Shown: positions 13,160 through 25,004 of the stretch, one piece after another
Layout of the letters: each line of letters begins with the position of its first letter
Numbering within the stretch: the stretch's first letter is position 1
NCBI GenBank assembly: GCA_964016885.1
Contig: OZ024760.1
Location: 27,776,001-27,840,000, forward strand
Source of the DNA: Eledone cirrhosa
Lineage: Eukaryota
DNA length: 64,000 nt
Reading direction: 5' to 3'
Notes under the pieces: model-generated
What the model was told of the DNA's origin: nothing
The model's database searches: none
The model's input: only the letters and a program-made list of their open reading frames with translations
Program-made: the position numbers and the translations under genes

Positions 13160-13651
13160 TCCTCTGTGTCACTTTTGAGCTGACTTTTGGGATGCTCCCA
13201 TACAGCTCTGAGTTTTTTCATCCTCAGTGTATACTGATTAATGTTCAGAGCCATCCTCAACATTCTCGTGTAGCACCCATCCACCATCTGAGTGAGTTTC
13301 TTGGTCAGTGTCCAAGTCTCAGACCCATACAGCAGCACAGACTCCACTACAGCAATGAAGAGGCGGACTTTCAGGTCTCTACAAAGGTCCGACTTCCACA
13401 CCGATCTCAAGCTGAGGAGACTGAGGTTAGCTGGACATGCTCACCGACATCCAGAGTTGACATTGCACTCAGTGCTCCTTTGGGAGCCCCTACATGGACA
13501 CACTAGAAGAGGAAGACCAAGGTTAACGTATGTTGATGCCCTAAGGACAGACACTGGGCTGTTGGAGACGCAGGACATGGCAGTGATAATGAGGGACAGA
13601 GACGGCTGGAGAGAACTCGTTCATGGATCTCGGGAATTTTACTCGCCTTAG
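13160..13651. mobile_element. RTE-clade LINE fragment with 5' inversion
   Basis: - strand 13160-13405 (VWKS..LLYGSETW..MLR) abuts + strand 13403-13651 (RRLRLAGH..RGRP..DRDGWR). Confidence 0.85.
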
Positions 13652-13783
13652 ATATATATATATATATATATATGTATATTTATTTAGGTTTGTTGGTTCA
13701 CCACTGGATAGAACTGGTCATTCTGTATGGTCAACCTCGATGTAATATTATGGAGGGCACTCGATGTAATGCAACTCACGTTA

Positions 13784-13821
<38 letters not shown>

Positions 13822-14134
13822 ATGTGCAATGTAAATGTGTGTGAACGACCAAGCATAGACAAGTTGAGAGAAAAACTGTGTATAAGAGGGATAAGCTGTA
13901 GTGTGTGGGAGAAGTGCCAATAAATCCCAGTAGAAGGAAGGCGCAGTAGAGGAAAACCACAAAGATCATGGGCAGAGGTGGTGAGAGCTGATCTCAGATC
14001 GCTGAAGCTCACAGAGGAGACTACGAAGGACCGCGACGAATGGAGAGATGTTGTGCTGAATAGGATTCGTCCCACCCTTGCTAGCAGGGGAAAGTGGATG
14101 TAAAATGATGATATATATATATATATATATATAT

Positions 14135-14685
14135 AAAATTTTGTCGTTTTGGAAGCCTCAACAATGCAGGTGAGTAAATCTCCGGGTAACAGAATCCAGT
14201 GGTGAAGAGAGAGATGTAAGAGGAAATGCAGAATGAGATGTATAGTGTGTAGAGGAACGTAGGAAAGAGCGTAAAAGATAAAAATAACACAAGATAGAGT
14301 TACCTTGGGAGAGATTTAATTGTCCCTATATTTCGGATTTCACATCCATCAACTGGGTTTTTTTCCGAGTGGGAAAGTTATCTGTCAGAGAGGAATGGTA
14401 CGTGGCCCCTGTTGTCCGCCGTTTGTTCCTCTCTGACAGATAACTTTCTCGCTCGGAAAAACCCCAGTTGATGGATGCGAAATCCGAAATATAGGGACAA
14501 TTAAATCTCTCCCAAGGTAACTCTATCTCGTGTTATTTTTATTTTTTACGCTCTTTCCTACGTTCCTCTACACACTATACATCTCATTCTGCATTTCCTC
14601 TTACATCTCTCTCTTCACCACCGGATTCTGTTACCCGGAGATTTACCCTCCTGCATTGTTGAGGTTTCCAAAACAACAACATTTT
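14135..14685. repeat. Long inverted repeat (about 260-bp arms, 30-nt spacer) between (TA)n tracts
   Basis: The ORF track shows near-identical peptides on opposite strands (14081-14290 - and 14530-14772 +). Confidence 0.92.
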
Positions 14686-14724
14686 TTATTATTCCCCAAT
14701 GCTTCAAGCAGTCTTCAATACTCT

Positions 14725-14765
<41 letters not shown>

Positions 14766-16096
14766 CAAGTAGGCATCTCTATCAAAACACACCCCCGTCC
14801 CACCACCCCCAACCCATCCACACCGCCCCTTTCAATGTAAATTTATGTTGGTGCCACAACATCCAGGCCGAAACAAATGAGATCGTGTAGGTGTCACGAC
14901 AAAAAACACAGTCCACGCTGTAAATGTGGCCGTGTAGGCAACACGGTAAAAACCTCCCAGCCCCACACTGTAAATGTGGTTGGTGTTAGGAAGGGCATCC
15001 AGCTGTAGAAAACCCGCCAGACAGTCCTATGCGAGCAAGACAACCACTCTTGCCTCAACTGGGAAAACCCCCATCCAAACCCATGCAAGCGTGGAACACG
15101 GACGTTAAACGTTGATGATGATGATGATGATGAACAACTAGAAATTGATTAACATATAAATAAAGTTATTTAGTTACCTACCTAGCTGTGTGTGCTTACA
15201 CACTTGTAAAAATTATCCCCTGTGATTGTTTCATATGTTTATTTATATGTTAATCAATTTCTAGTTGTTATAAAATGCTCGGACCTATTCATTAGAATCT
15301 TGGAGCTTATTTTACGGGTGATATGGCGCATGCCTTTCTGGCATGACACCCATAATTTTGATTTAGATTAAATTCATTTTGATTTATCTTAATTTTTGGA
15401 TATACTTACCTAAGTACAAAGTAAAACCTACTACAGTCAGTAGGCATCTCTAACAAAATACACCCCCGTCGCACCACCCCCACCCCTTCCACACCGCCCC
15501 TTTCAATGTAAAGTTATGTTGGTGCCACAACATCCAGGCCGAAACAAATGAGATCGTGTAGGTGTCACGTCAAAAAACACACAGTCCACGCTGTAATGTG
15601 GCCATGTAGGCAACACGGTAAAAACCTCCCAGTCCCACACTGTAAATGTGGTTGGTATTAGGAAGGGCATCCAGCTGTAGAAAACCCGCCACATAGTCCT
15701 ATGCGAGCAAGATAACCACTCTTGCCTCAAGTGGGAAAACCCTCCGTCCAAACCCATGCAAGCGTGGAACACGGACGTTAAACGATGATGATGATGATGA
15801 TGATATATATATATATATTCTCTTTTCTCTCCTCCACCAATTCATAAGAAAAACAAGTGTGAATCTAATATAACTGCGTACAAATGCCTCCTGAGTTTTG
15901 TTTTTTTAGATGGTTAGGGAGTATTGGTAGGGCATTGGACAACATGCTTTGCAGCATAGAGTTACAGCCTTTTATGATCTGAGTTCAAATCCCGCTGAGG
16001 TTAACTTTGCTTTCATCCTTAGGGCGTCGATAAAATAAAGTACCAGTAATGCACTGGGATAATTGCTGGCCTTGTGCCAAAGGTAGAAACAATTAT

Positions 16097-16134
<38 letters not shown>

Positions 16135-16436
16135 AGAAAACACAGGTAGGCATTAAAAAAAGGATTTTATCCAGGTATTTACAACCGTTTCATTGGTTAC
16201 AATAAGCAATTTTCTGCTTCCCTAACTATATATATATATATATATTTAGCTTTGTTCGTTCACCACTGGATAGAACTGGTCATTCCGTATGGTCAACCTC
16301 GATGTAATATTATGGAGAGTACTCGACATAATGCAACTCACCCATCTTCGTTTGTGTAGTTGGTGGTGTGAGTACGGAGTTAATTATTATAAAATAACAG
16401 GAGGCTGGACTGGTGTAAATCCTTAAAAGGTTTATT

Positions 16437-16494
16437 ATACTATGATCATTTCAATGACTCGGTTCAGTATGAATCCGGTGACATCATCAGGTAT
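16437..16494 (-). ncRNA. Type I minimal hammerhead ribozyme
   Basis: Minus strand: ATAC-CTGATGA-(stem II with CGG/CCG and TTCA/TGAA)-GAAAT-GATC-ATA-GTAT; stem I ATAC/GTAT; palindromic GATC loop. Confidence 0.78.
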
Positions 16495-16529
16495 TCGAAA
16501 TATTAAAAAAAAAAAATATATATATATAT

Positions 16530-16870
16530 GGAGGCACATGGCTTAGTGGTTAGAGCATTGGCCTTGCAATCGATAGGTTGTGAGTTCAATTCTCAGACCG
16601 GGTGATGTGTTGTTTCCTTGAGCAAGACACTTTATTTCACATTGCTCCAGTTTACTCAGCTGTAGAAATGAGATGATAGGGACTGAGGTCCCTATCATTC
16701 CACTGCAAAGTGGTCGTGGAGGTGCCACGGCAAAAAAGCACCCAGCACTCACTGTAAATGAGGTTGGTGTTAGGAAGGGCATCCAGCTGTAGAAATCAAG
16801 CCAGAATCAGTTCCCGTCCCACCCTTGCAAGCAGGGAAAAGTGGACGTAAAATGATGATGATGATGATGA
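16530..16870 (+). mobile_element. tRNA-derived CORE-like SINE with RTE 3' tail
   Basis: A box TGGCTTAGTGG, B box GAGTTCAATTC, CORE-like ccttgagcaagacactt; 3' end near-identical to the RTE tail cccacccttgcaagcagggaaaag..(ATG)n; copies at 54300-54598 (+) and 57628-57950 (-). Confidence 0.85.
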
Positions 16871-16959
16871 TGGTGATATGTATGTAAAAGGTAAACAGAA
16901 ATAACAACACAATTGGTACAGTATATGGAAGGTTAACGCTTGATATAGCAGGAAGAGGG

Positions 16960-16995
16960 TCATAACGTTTCGGACGCTTGTCCTTCATCAGAAGA
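16960..16995 (-). ncRNA. Hammerhead core, weak stem I
   Basis: Minus strand: CTGATGA-A-GGAC-AAGC-GTCC-GAAACGTT; core and stem II present, stem I poor. Confidence 0.5.
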
Positions 16996-17094
16996 AAGAA
17001 TGAGAAATAAGATAGATTGAGCAGACGGGCGGGATGGAATTGGAAAATAACAGGTCTATTTATGTTGACATCACTTGTGCATGTGTATTTTCAG

Positions 17095-17261
17095 GAGGTA
17101 ACTGGTCATCTGAGGACAGAAACACTAAACCTTACCCCCTCCGTATAGAACTTTCTGGTATCAACAGAGACACTGATGAGCCATTTAATCATTATTTTGA
17201 TTATTTCTATTTCAATCATGGTGATGTTTTCACATTTGAGGAGACAGAAAATGCCTTCGAG
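17095..17261 (+). CDS. Host gene exon 3
   Basis: attttcAG / GTAAGT; phase 1 to 0; (R)GNWSSEDRNTKPYPLRIELSGINRDTDEPFNHYFDYFYFNHGDVFTFEETENAFE. Confidence 0.88.
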
Positions 17262-18090
17262 GTAAGTCAGAGCAATGTTTCTTTCAAATGATATACAAGT
17301 TGTGGTGGTGATGGTGGTGGTGGAGGTGAAGGGGATAGTGGTGGTGGGGGCTAATGGTGGTGGTAGTGTTGATGGTGGTGATGGTGATGGTGGTGATGGT
17401 GGTGGTGGTGGTGAAGGGGATGGTGGTGGTGGTGAAGGGGATAGTGGTGGCGCTAATGGTGGTGGTAGTGTTGATGGTGGTAATGGTGGTGGTTGTGGTG
17501 GGGCTAATGGTGGCGGTAGTGTTAATGGTGGTAATGGTGGTGGTAGTTTGATGGTGTCATGATAAAATACACCTAGTACACTCTGTAAAGTGGTAGTGTT
17601 GGTGCCACTATAAAATACACCCAGTACACTCTGTAAATTGGTTGTCATTCGGAAGGGAAAATGGAACATATGGGCAAGGTGCAGTTCTCAACACAACCTA
17701 TCTTCTTAGTCATGAAGGGTGACAACCCATCCAACCCATGCCAGAATGTAAAAGAAGGTGTAAAATGATGGTGGTGGTGGTGGTGGTGGTGTTTGTGATG
17801 GTGATGATGGTTATAATAGTTTCACCTCTCTTTTCCTTCTTTTCATTTCATATTTTCAAAAAACAAAAAAAATCACTCTCACCTCACTTTCTCTCTCCTA
17901 CCCTCCTCTCTCCCCCTCTGTCTTTTCCCCTCTTTCACACACACTTTCATCCCCCTTCTCTCCCCCTCTCTCTCTTTCTCACTTTCTCTCTCCTACCCTC
18001 CTCTCTCCCCCTCTGTCTTTTCCCCTCTTTCACACACACTTTCATCCCCCTTCTCTCCCCCTTCTCTCCCCCCCTCTCTCTCTCTCTCTC

Positions 18091-18135
<45 letters not shown>

Positions 18136-18158
18136 GCACACTAACATATTAAAACTAG

Positions 18159-18281
18159 ACCCCTCCAGGAGTCTACTGCCCTGGAAGGAAACATCAATAT
18201 CCAATCCCAGATCTTCCTCGGACCTACTCGGTTACCATAGAGTTTGTCAACCCTGCCGAGAATTCTATGAAAGTTTCCAAG
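18159..18281 (+). CDS. Host gene exon 4
   Basis: CTAAC branch-like motif, aactAG / GTAATT; phase 0 to 0; TPPGVYCPGRKHQYPIPDLPRTYSVTIEFVNPAENSMKVSK. Confidence 0.88.
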
Positions 18282-18291
18282 GTAATTCTTT

Positions 18292-18982
18292 AATTATTCC
18301 TGAGTTATTTCGAGTTATTCCCGAGTTATTCCCGAGTTAGTCCTGAGTTATTCCTGAGTTATTTCCGAGCTATTTCCGAGTTATTCCTGAGTTATTCCCG
18401 AGTTATTTCGAGTTATTCCTGAATTATTCCTGAGTTATTCCTGAGTTATTCCTGAGTTATTTCCGAGTTATTCCTGAGTTATTCCTGAGTTATTTCCGAG
18501 TTATTCCCGAGTTATTCCCGAGTTATTCCTGAATTATTCCTGAGTTATTCCTGAGTTATTCCTGAGTTATTTCCGAGTTATTCCCGAGTTATTCCCGAGT
18601 TAGTCCCGAGTTATTCCTGAATTATTCCTGAGTTATTCCTGAGTTATTTCCGAGTTATTCCCGAATTATTCCCGAGTTATTTCCGAGTTATTCCTGAGTT
18701 ATTTCCGAGCTATTTCCGAGTTATTTCCGAGTTATTCCCGAGTTATTCCCGAGTTATTTCCGAGTTATTCCCGAATTATTCCCGAGTTATTTCCGAGTTA
18801 TTCCTGAGTTATTTCCGAGCTATTTCCGAGTTATTCCCGAGTTATTTCCGAGTCATTTCCGAGTCATTTCCGAGTTATTTCCGAGTTATTTCCGAGTTAT
18901 TCCCGAGTTATTCCTCAGTTATTTCCGAGTCATTTCCGAGTTATTCCCGAGTTATTCCTCAGTTATTCCTCAGTTATTCCAG
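18292..18982. repeat. 11-bp minisatellite TTATTYCYGAG
   Basis: Direct inspection; starts about 10 nt after the exon 4 donor. Confidence 0.95.
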
Positions 18983-19296
18983 AATTGTTTTGTTCCTCTA
19001 AAGATGAGATATGTTTGGACTTATTGTGTGACTGTTTGTGTCTATCTGTTTGTGTGTGTGTATGTGTGTGTGTGTATGTGCATGTGTGTGTGTACATATG
19101 TGATTCTGTGTTGATGAATTTGTATATATTTATGTATGTGAGTGTGTGTATATGCTTCTTTATGTGTAATCATGTATATGTGTGTGCATGTTTGTGTATA
19201 GTTATATAACTGATTGTGTGTGTATATGTATGTATGTATGTACGTGTGTATGTATGTATGTATATATGTATGTATATATGTATGTGTCTATGTATG

Positions 19297-20257
19297 TTCT
19301 CCTGGTTTTATAATTTCACAAAGTTTTACCAATAGAAAGAGTCGGTTTCTAACATAGACACAAGACTCTCTCATTGGAATTTACACATCAACTAGGTAGA
19401 TATGTATGTATGTGTAGATATGGATGTTATTGTATGTGTGGATGTGGATGTTTTGAGTTGTATGTGTGCATGTGTATATGCTTTGTATCTGTATACGTGT
19501 ATATGCAGTTATTAGATGCAAAATTTCTGGAATGTTTTACATATTTTTACTGTTCCATTATTGGATTGTACTTGTAATTTCCTAACTAGTTGTGTTCTTT
19601 CTGTTCCTGTGAAGCCTAGCTTCTCAAGATTTGTATTGAGGCAGTTACTAACATACCCCAGTGCCCCAATAATCACAGGCATAAATCTGAGGGTGTAATC
19701 AGGGTGGAGTATCTGCAGATTTCTCATCAGTTCTGCATAAATATTCTCCTTTTCGCTAATCTTTGATATTATATTGGCATCTGCTGGGCAGCTAATTTCC
19801 ACTACTGTGCATGTTTTCTTCTCCCTGTCCCATATCATAATATCTGGACTGTTATGCCTGTATTTTATTGGGGTTTTTATTAGAAGATTCCACCAGTACT
19901 TTTTCATATTACGTATATGGATGTCTTCCACATTGCTGCAGCTTTTAATGTATTTATTATCGGGGCTATCTTTTCTACGGTTTGCATTGTACAGTGTTTT
20001 GGCCACTACATCATGCCTCATAGGTAGATAGTACCGCGATGACATCTTTGGACAGCTGCTGATGACATGGGTGATATCCTCGATGTTAGTTCTGCAGAGT
20101 CTGCACTTGTTATCACATCTCGGTGTTTTGCCTGCATCCCTATCTCTTTTGTGAATCAGGTATTTCAACGTTAGAGGTAGTTACTAACATATCCCAGTGC
20201 CCCAATGATCACAGGTATAAATCTGAAGGTATAGTCAGGGTGGAGTATCTGCAGATT
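19297..20257 (-). mobile_element. R4/Dong-type non-LTR retrotransposon 3' fragment (CCHC plus restriction-like endonuclease)
   Basis: ORF 19512-20168: CRLC..E...H....C, RHD, PDI..D, EISCP, K..IY, PVIIGALG; flanked by (TATG)n on both sides. Confidence 0.85.
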
Positions 20258-20353
20258 GTATGTATGTATGTTTATATGTATGTATGTATGTATATGATTG
20301 TATATGTATGTATGTATAACTAAACATTAACACAATAACATCTTATCCAACAG

Positions 20354-20456
20354 CTATGGGTTGACACTCAGAATATGATGGTACGTCGTGATTTTCACCC
20401 GATTTCTTATGGTGATGCCGGGCACCCAGTTACAGAAATATTTAACTATATTACTG
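20354..20456 (+). CDS. Host gene exon 5
   Basis: ccaacAG / GTGAGT; phase 0 to 1; LWVDTQNMMVRRDFHPISYGDAGHPVTEIFNYIT(G); paralogous to exon 15. Confidence 0.88.
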
Positions 20457-20489
20457 GTGAGTTTTCATTATTATTATTATTATGTTACG

Positions 20490-21003
20490 TCCCTTTTCGG
20501 TATGAGTTCAAATCCCGCCGAGGTTAACTTTGCCTTTCATCCTTACGGGTTCGATAAAATAAAGTACCAGTAATGCACTGAGATAATTGCTGGCCTTGTG
20601 CCAAAAGTAGAAACGATTATTATTATTATTATGGCAGTATCAGTAGAGGGTTGGACGTTATGCTTTGACGCATAGAGTTACGTCCCTTTACTTTCTGAGT
20701 TCAAATCCCACCGAGGTTAACTTTGCCTTTCATCCTTACGGGGTCAATAAAATAAAGTACCAGTAATACACTGGGTTAATTGCTGGCCTTGTGCCAAAAG
20801 TAGAAACAGTTATTATTATTATGGCAGTATCGGTAGAGGGTTGGACGCTATGCTTTGACAACATAGAGTTACGGCCCTTGCCATTCTGAGTTCAAATCCC
20901 ACCGAGGTTAACTTTGCCTTTCATCCTTACGGGGTCAATAAAATAAAGTACCAGTAATACACTGGTTTAATTGCTGGCCTTGTGCCAAAAGTAGAAACAG
21001 TTA
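20490..21003 (+). mobile_element. Three tandem copies of a tRNA-derived SINE (Meta/Sauria-like core)
   Basis: B box GAGTTCAAATCC, core tttgcctttcatccttacggggtcgataaaataaagtaccag, (ATT)n tail; other copies near 1-52, 545-745 (-), 15915, 25733, 26348, 27113, 49335, 49520, 59590, 59776, 63300. Confidence 0.88.
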
Positions 21004-21356
21004 TTAGAACTGTGGGACCTTTTATCAACTACTGCGGTACTTCACCCAACACCAAGGAGTCATTGAACATGGCTGTGAGTATCGGGTGGAGAGATGTTAT
21101 AGTTTTACTCCAATATCCTTGCACACCATGCAGGCCTGGTGATTTCCAGTTGGTTGATTTATTGGCCTGCTTTTTAAGGGTTTCAACCGAGATACTCAAA
21201 TCAGGTTGTTGGTGTGCTTGTTATTGTTTACCGAATTTCTGAATATTTCTGAGACATTCATTAACCACAGGTACAGTGTATACCTGAGACATTCTGCTGC
21301 TGTTGCTGTTGTTTACCAAATTTCTGAATATTTCCCTGCCCATTGTTAATATGCAG

Positions 21357-21541
21357 GTACGGTACACACAAGGGATATTCTGCTATTAAACTGCTCCTAC
21401 AAAGCCTTGAAGAATGCTGACATCAACGACGATGATATTTTACAGCATGTGCTGGATACGATGAACAAGAATCCCAGCAACATGGTGGACACTTTAAAGA
21501 TACTGCAGCTGGACAGTGACAACTATTACTACAATGGTAAA
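21357..21541 (+). CDS. Host gene exon 6
   Basis: atgcAG / GTAAGT; phase 1 to 0; (G)TVHTRDILLLNCSYKALKNADINDDDILQHVLDTMNKNPSNMVDTLKILQLDSDNYYYNGK; paralogous to exon 16. Confidence 0.85.
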
Positions 21542-22021
21542 GTAAGTATTTTGCGGTACTACCCAGTGGTCACTTGCTCCAGCTGGACAGTGACAACTAT
21601 TACTACAATGGTAAAGTATTACAAAGACTAATGGAAACATTGCTTCCTTGGTCAAATCTAATGATTGGTTTCTTTCCTTACTGTCACGTTGCTCAAAGAA
21701 AATGAAGAACCAATACTGTTGAGCTCCTCCACAAGATTGGAATGTGAGCAGCCTGTCTGAGGAAGGAGTCCAGCAAGGTGGGTAGGTTTTAGCAGCAGGT
21801 GTCGCTGGCCATTGTCTGCAGGAATGCATTTGCAGTCTTGTCCATGGGACGCAGCCTCAATAACCACCACTTCCTAGCCTAGAGCCCTTGATCCTCCCCA
21901 CACCCTCTCCCCTCTCCATTTTTCTGTGACACTACAGCCCTTCTCTTTCCCTTCCTTTTCCATTTTCATAATCACAAAAGACACTTGAAATTTTTTTATA
22001 TCAATTCTTAGCATTAAACTA

Positions 22022-22915
22022 TCATCATCATCATACATTGACTTTTCCCTGCTTGCAAGGGTGGGACAGGTCCTATTCAGCATCTCTCCATTCGTCATGG
22101 TCCTTTGTCATCTCCTCCATGAGTTTCAGCGATCTGAAGTCTGCTCTCACCACCTCCGCCCATGTTTTTCATGGTCATCCTCTACTATGTCTTCCTTCTA
22201 CTGGGATTTCTTGGCACTTCTTTACCCAGCGGTCATCCTCCATGCGCAACACACGTCCATACCATCGCAGTCTTCTCTCCCACACACCACAGCTTATCCC
22301 TCTTATACACAGTTTCTCTCTCAACTCGTCTATTCTTGGTCATTCATGCACATTGACATTGCACATCCAACAGAGCATGCTTGCTTCATTTCTCTCCAGC
22401 CGTCGCATATCCTCCTGAGTTGCTGCCCATGTCTCACTACCATGCAGCATCGCGCATCTCACACAGGCATCATATAACCTTCCTTTCGTACGCAGGGAGA
22501 AACCCTTCTTTGTCAACAGAGGAAGCAGCTCCCTAAACTTCTTCCATCCTGTCCTCATTATAGATACTATGGCCTCGGAGCACCCTTCTCCCTTACTAAT
22601 CTGATTACCTAGGTACCGGAAGCTATCAACCACTTCTATAGATCCTACCTGCATTTGAAAAATGTGACTATCACTGCGACTTCTACTGTCAAATTTCCCT
22701 GAACATCTACTGCATATGTAGTTTTCCCTACCTGTTAGTTTGCCTGCTATCCTACTACATCTCTTGTGTACTCAAGATCTGCATCATGTACATTCTATAG
22801 AATTTATGCCAGTTCTTTTTCTACATATCAAACATGGACATTTCTCGGATGGAATCAGAGTTTTGTCCTCTTTAGTCTTAGCTATCTCAATTTTAATTCT
22901 TTTATTCTTGTTTTC
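22022..22915 (-). mobile_element. RTE LINE 3' fragment with (ATG)n tail
   Basis: EVVDSFRYLG..GWKKFRELLPLL..KGRLYDACVR..MLHGSETW; upstream Cys-rich CPCLICRK..VHKRCS segment. Confidence 0.9.
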
Positions 22916-22918
22916 TAG

Positions 22919-23023
22919 CGTGAAGTGAGAAATGTTGATTGCAATGTTTTCATATCACAGAGGTCTGTCCAAATGGAAACTGGCGGAAGCAAAAATGTTA
23001 CGTTTGAGTATTATTTTATGTCA
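22919..23023 (+). CDS. Host gene exon 7
   Basis: ttttctAG / GTAAGT; phase 0 to 0; REVRNVDCNVFISQRSVQMETGGSKNVTFEYYFMS; paralogous to exon 17. Confidence 0.88.
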
Positions 23024-23169
23024 GTAAGTAGATTTACTAATTTAGTGAACAATGTACCTTTAAAATACTAGTTGCAAATCAATGCAAACCTATGTGACCC
23101 TGTTTCATTTGTTAGTTAAAACAAGGATCATATTATTGATAATATTGACTTGGTTGAGTTCTTGAAGTC

Positions 23170-23930
23170 CTATAGGAACTAGGACCCTGTCAATTTTGTT
23201 TTTGGTGGGGTGAAAGTTTGAAGTGTCAAAAAGGGATCCTAAATACTTGAAAGCCTGGAGGACAGTTTATGTGTTAATTCAGCCCCAACTATCACCTATA
23301 GTGAGATGAAAGATTGAAATGTTTAAAAGGGGTCCTAAATACTTGAAAGCTTAGGGGACACATGCCGTGTGTTAGCACAGCTCAGGCTTTCATCTGAAGT
23401 GACCACAGGGGGCCTGGTACTTAAAATAATAGGGCCCCAGCTGTGGGTTAATTTCAGCTATAATGAGATGAAAGATTGTGCCAGAGGTGACACAAAATAC
23501 CTGAAAGCCAAGGCACCTCGTCATGGGTTTATACAATCTTGACTGCCAGATATATTGGGGTGGAATATTGAAGTGACACAGTAGACCCAGCCATGGGTTA
23601 ATACAAATCTAGCTGTTAGCTGTAGTGGGGAGAAAGATTGAGATGACAGAGGTGACCCTAAATACTTGAAATAATAGGTGCCCAGCTGAGGATTAATACA
23701 GCTCTGTCTTTCAGTTATAATGAAGTGGAAGATTGAAGTGCTAGAGGTGACCCTAAATACCTGAAAGTCTAGGGACTTTGTCATGGGTAAAATCTAGCTG
23801 TCAGCTGTATTGGGGCAAAAGATTTGAAATGCCAGAGGTGACCCTAATTATCTTAGGGACTCGGTCATTGGTTAATAAAGTCTTGATTGTCAGATATAAT
23901 GAGGTGAATGGTTGAAGAGCCAGGGGCCAT
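23170..23930. repeat. Old, diverged tandem repeat
   Basis: Recurrent gaggtgaccctaaatacttgaaagcctagg and gatgaaagattgaa blocks. Confidence 0.7.
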
Positions 23931-24025
23931 CCAACCACGTGGCATGTTGACACTATATCATTTCATTAACCCTAAACCTAACCCTAACCTGTTTGATACT
24001 CAGGTGTGTTTCCATTTATTTGCAG

Positions 24026-24124
24026 GAAGATTCTAAATTGCTTCCTGACAGAGGTGGACCTAGTGATGTTCTGCTTGATGTTCCAATGAGGCTGGAGATT
24101 TCCTACAAGCACAATGATGAGAAG
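24026..24124 (+). CDS. Host gene exon 8
   Basis: atttgcAG / GTGAGT; phase 0 to 0; EDSKLLPDRGGPSDVLLDVPMRLEISYKHNDEK; paralogous to exon 18. Confidence 0.85.
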
Positions 24125-24194
24125 GTGAGTGGCTAGTGTAGTGTTAAAGGTCACCAAGGTTACAGTGGTCACTAAATATATATATATATCGCGC

Positions 24195-24745
24195 AAAACT
24201 GTTTTGTGGCATGCCGACCATGCTAGTGCTTTTCTAACTTCAAAGTCCTTGTGTGAGCTGTGCATCCATGCACCAAGATACACCAAGTTCTCAACTGTTT
24301 TGATTGTTGTATCGTCCTTAGCAAGAACTGAAGCTGGATCAACCTGATTGTAGTGCATGATTTTGGTCTTTGCATTGAGATGCAGTCCTATTTTGCCTGA
24401 TTCAACCTTGACATGTGTGAGCAGTGCTTGAACTTGGCTGATTTCCTCTGTGATCAAGACATTTCTTGGAAACAGAAGCTGACAAATAATGAACTATAGA
24501 GATCACTACCACCAGTCTCAAGAAAAGTTGCCTGCAGACGAATGAAACTGGGTGGGCACTGTATCCGCCATCTAGAAGAGACAGCATCACAACTTGTGCT
24601 CTAGAAACTGATGGTCGGACGAAGAAGTGTGAGAAGACAGGCCACCTCATTCATTGATACCTTGCTGAGAGATGCCAACATTGATAACATCGATGAACTG
24701 AGAAATGTCATGGTTGACCGGGATGACTGGAGAAAGTGTGCTGAA
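24195..24745. mobile_element. RTE-clade LINE fragment with 5' inversion
   Basis: - strand 24195-24457 (IGLHLNAKTK..YLGAW..RKALAW) abuts + strand 24452-24745 (ISWKQK..RRMKLGGHCIRH..DRDDWRK). Confidence 0.82.
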
Positions 24746-25004
24746 TCTTTGGTAGTGTAAACTTGGCTGAAGAAGAGAAAACAGTTTTGCTGGTTTGAGA
24801 GCTGATGAGGGTAAAGATGTGTGTGAACTTGTCTTCTACAGCACCTTTCTTTCTTCCAGTCACTTCTATGTGCCAAAACCCTCCACCTTATCCCCCTCCT
24901 CTCCCTTTACTATATTTCATCTGCCTGTCACCCACTTTGTGGATTAACTCTCTGTTGACCACTGGTCTCTGTCCTCTCAGGCATTTTTGCCCATCACTGT
25001 CAGC

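Noticed and set aside
16530-16605. tRNA genes (also at 54300, 57880, 58320, 59090)
   Set aside because: A/B boxes run on into CORE-like SINE bodies; I could not build a full cloverleaf
23967-23990. Interstitial telomere (CCCTAA)n
   Set aside because: Only 3-4 imperfect units
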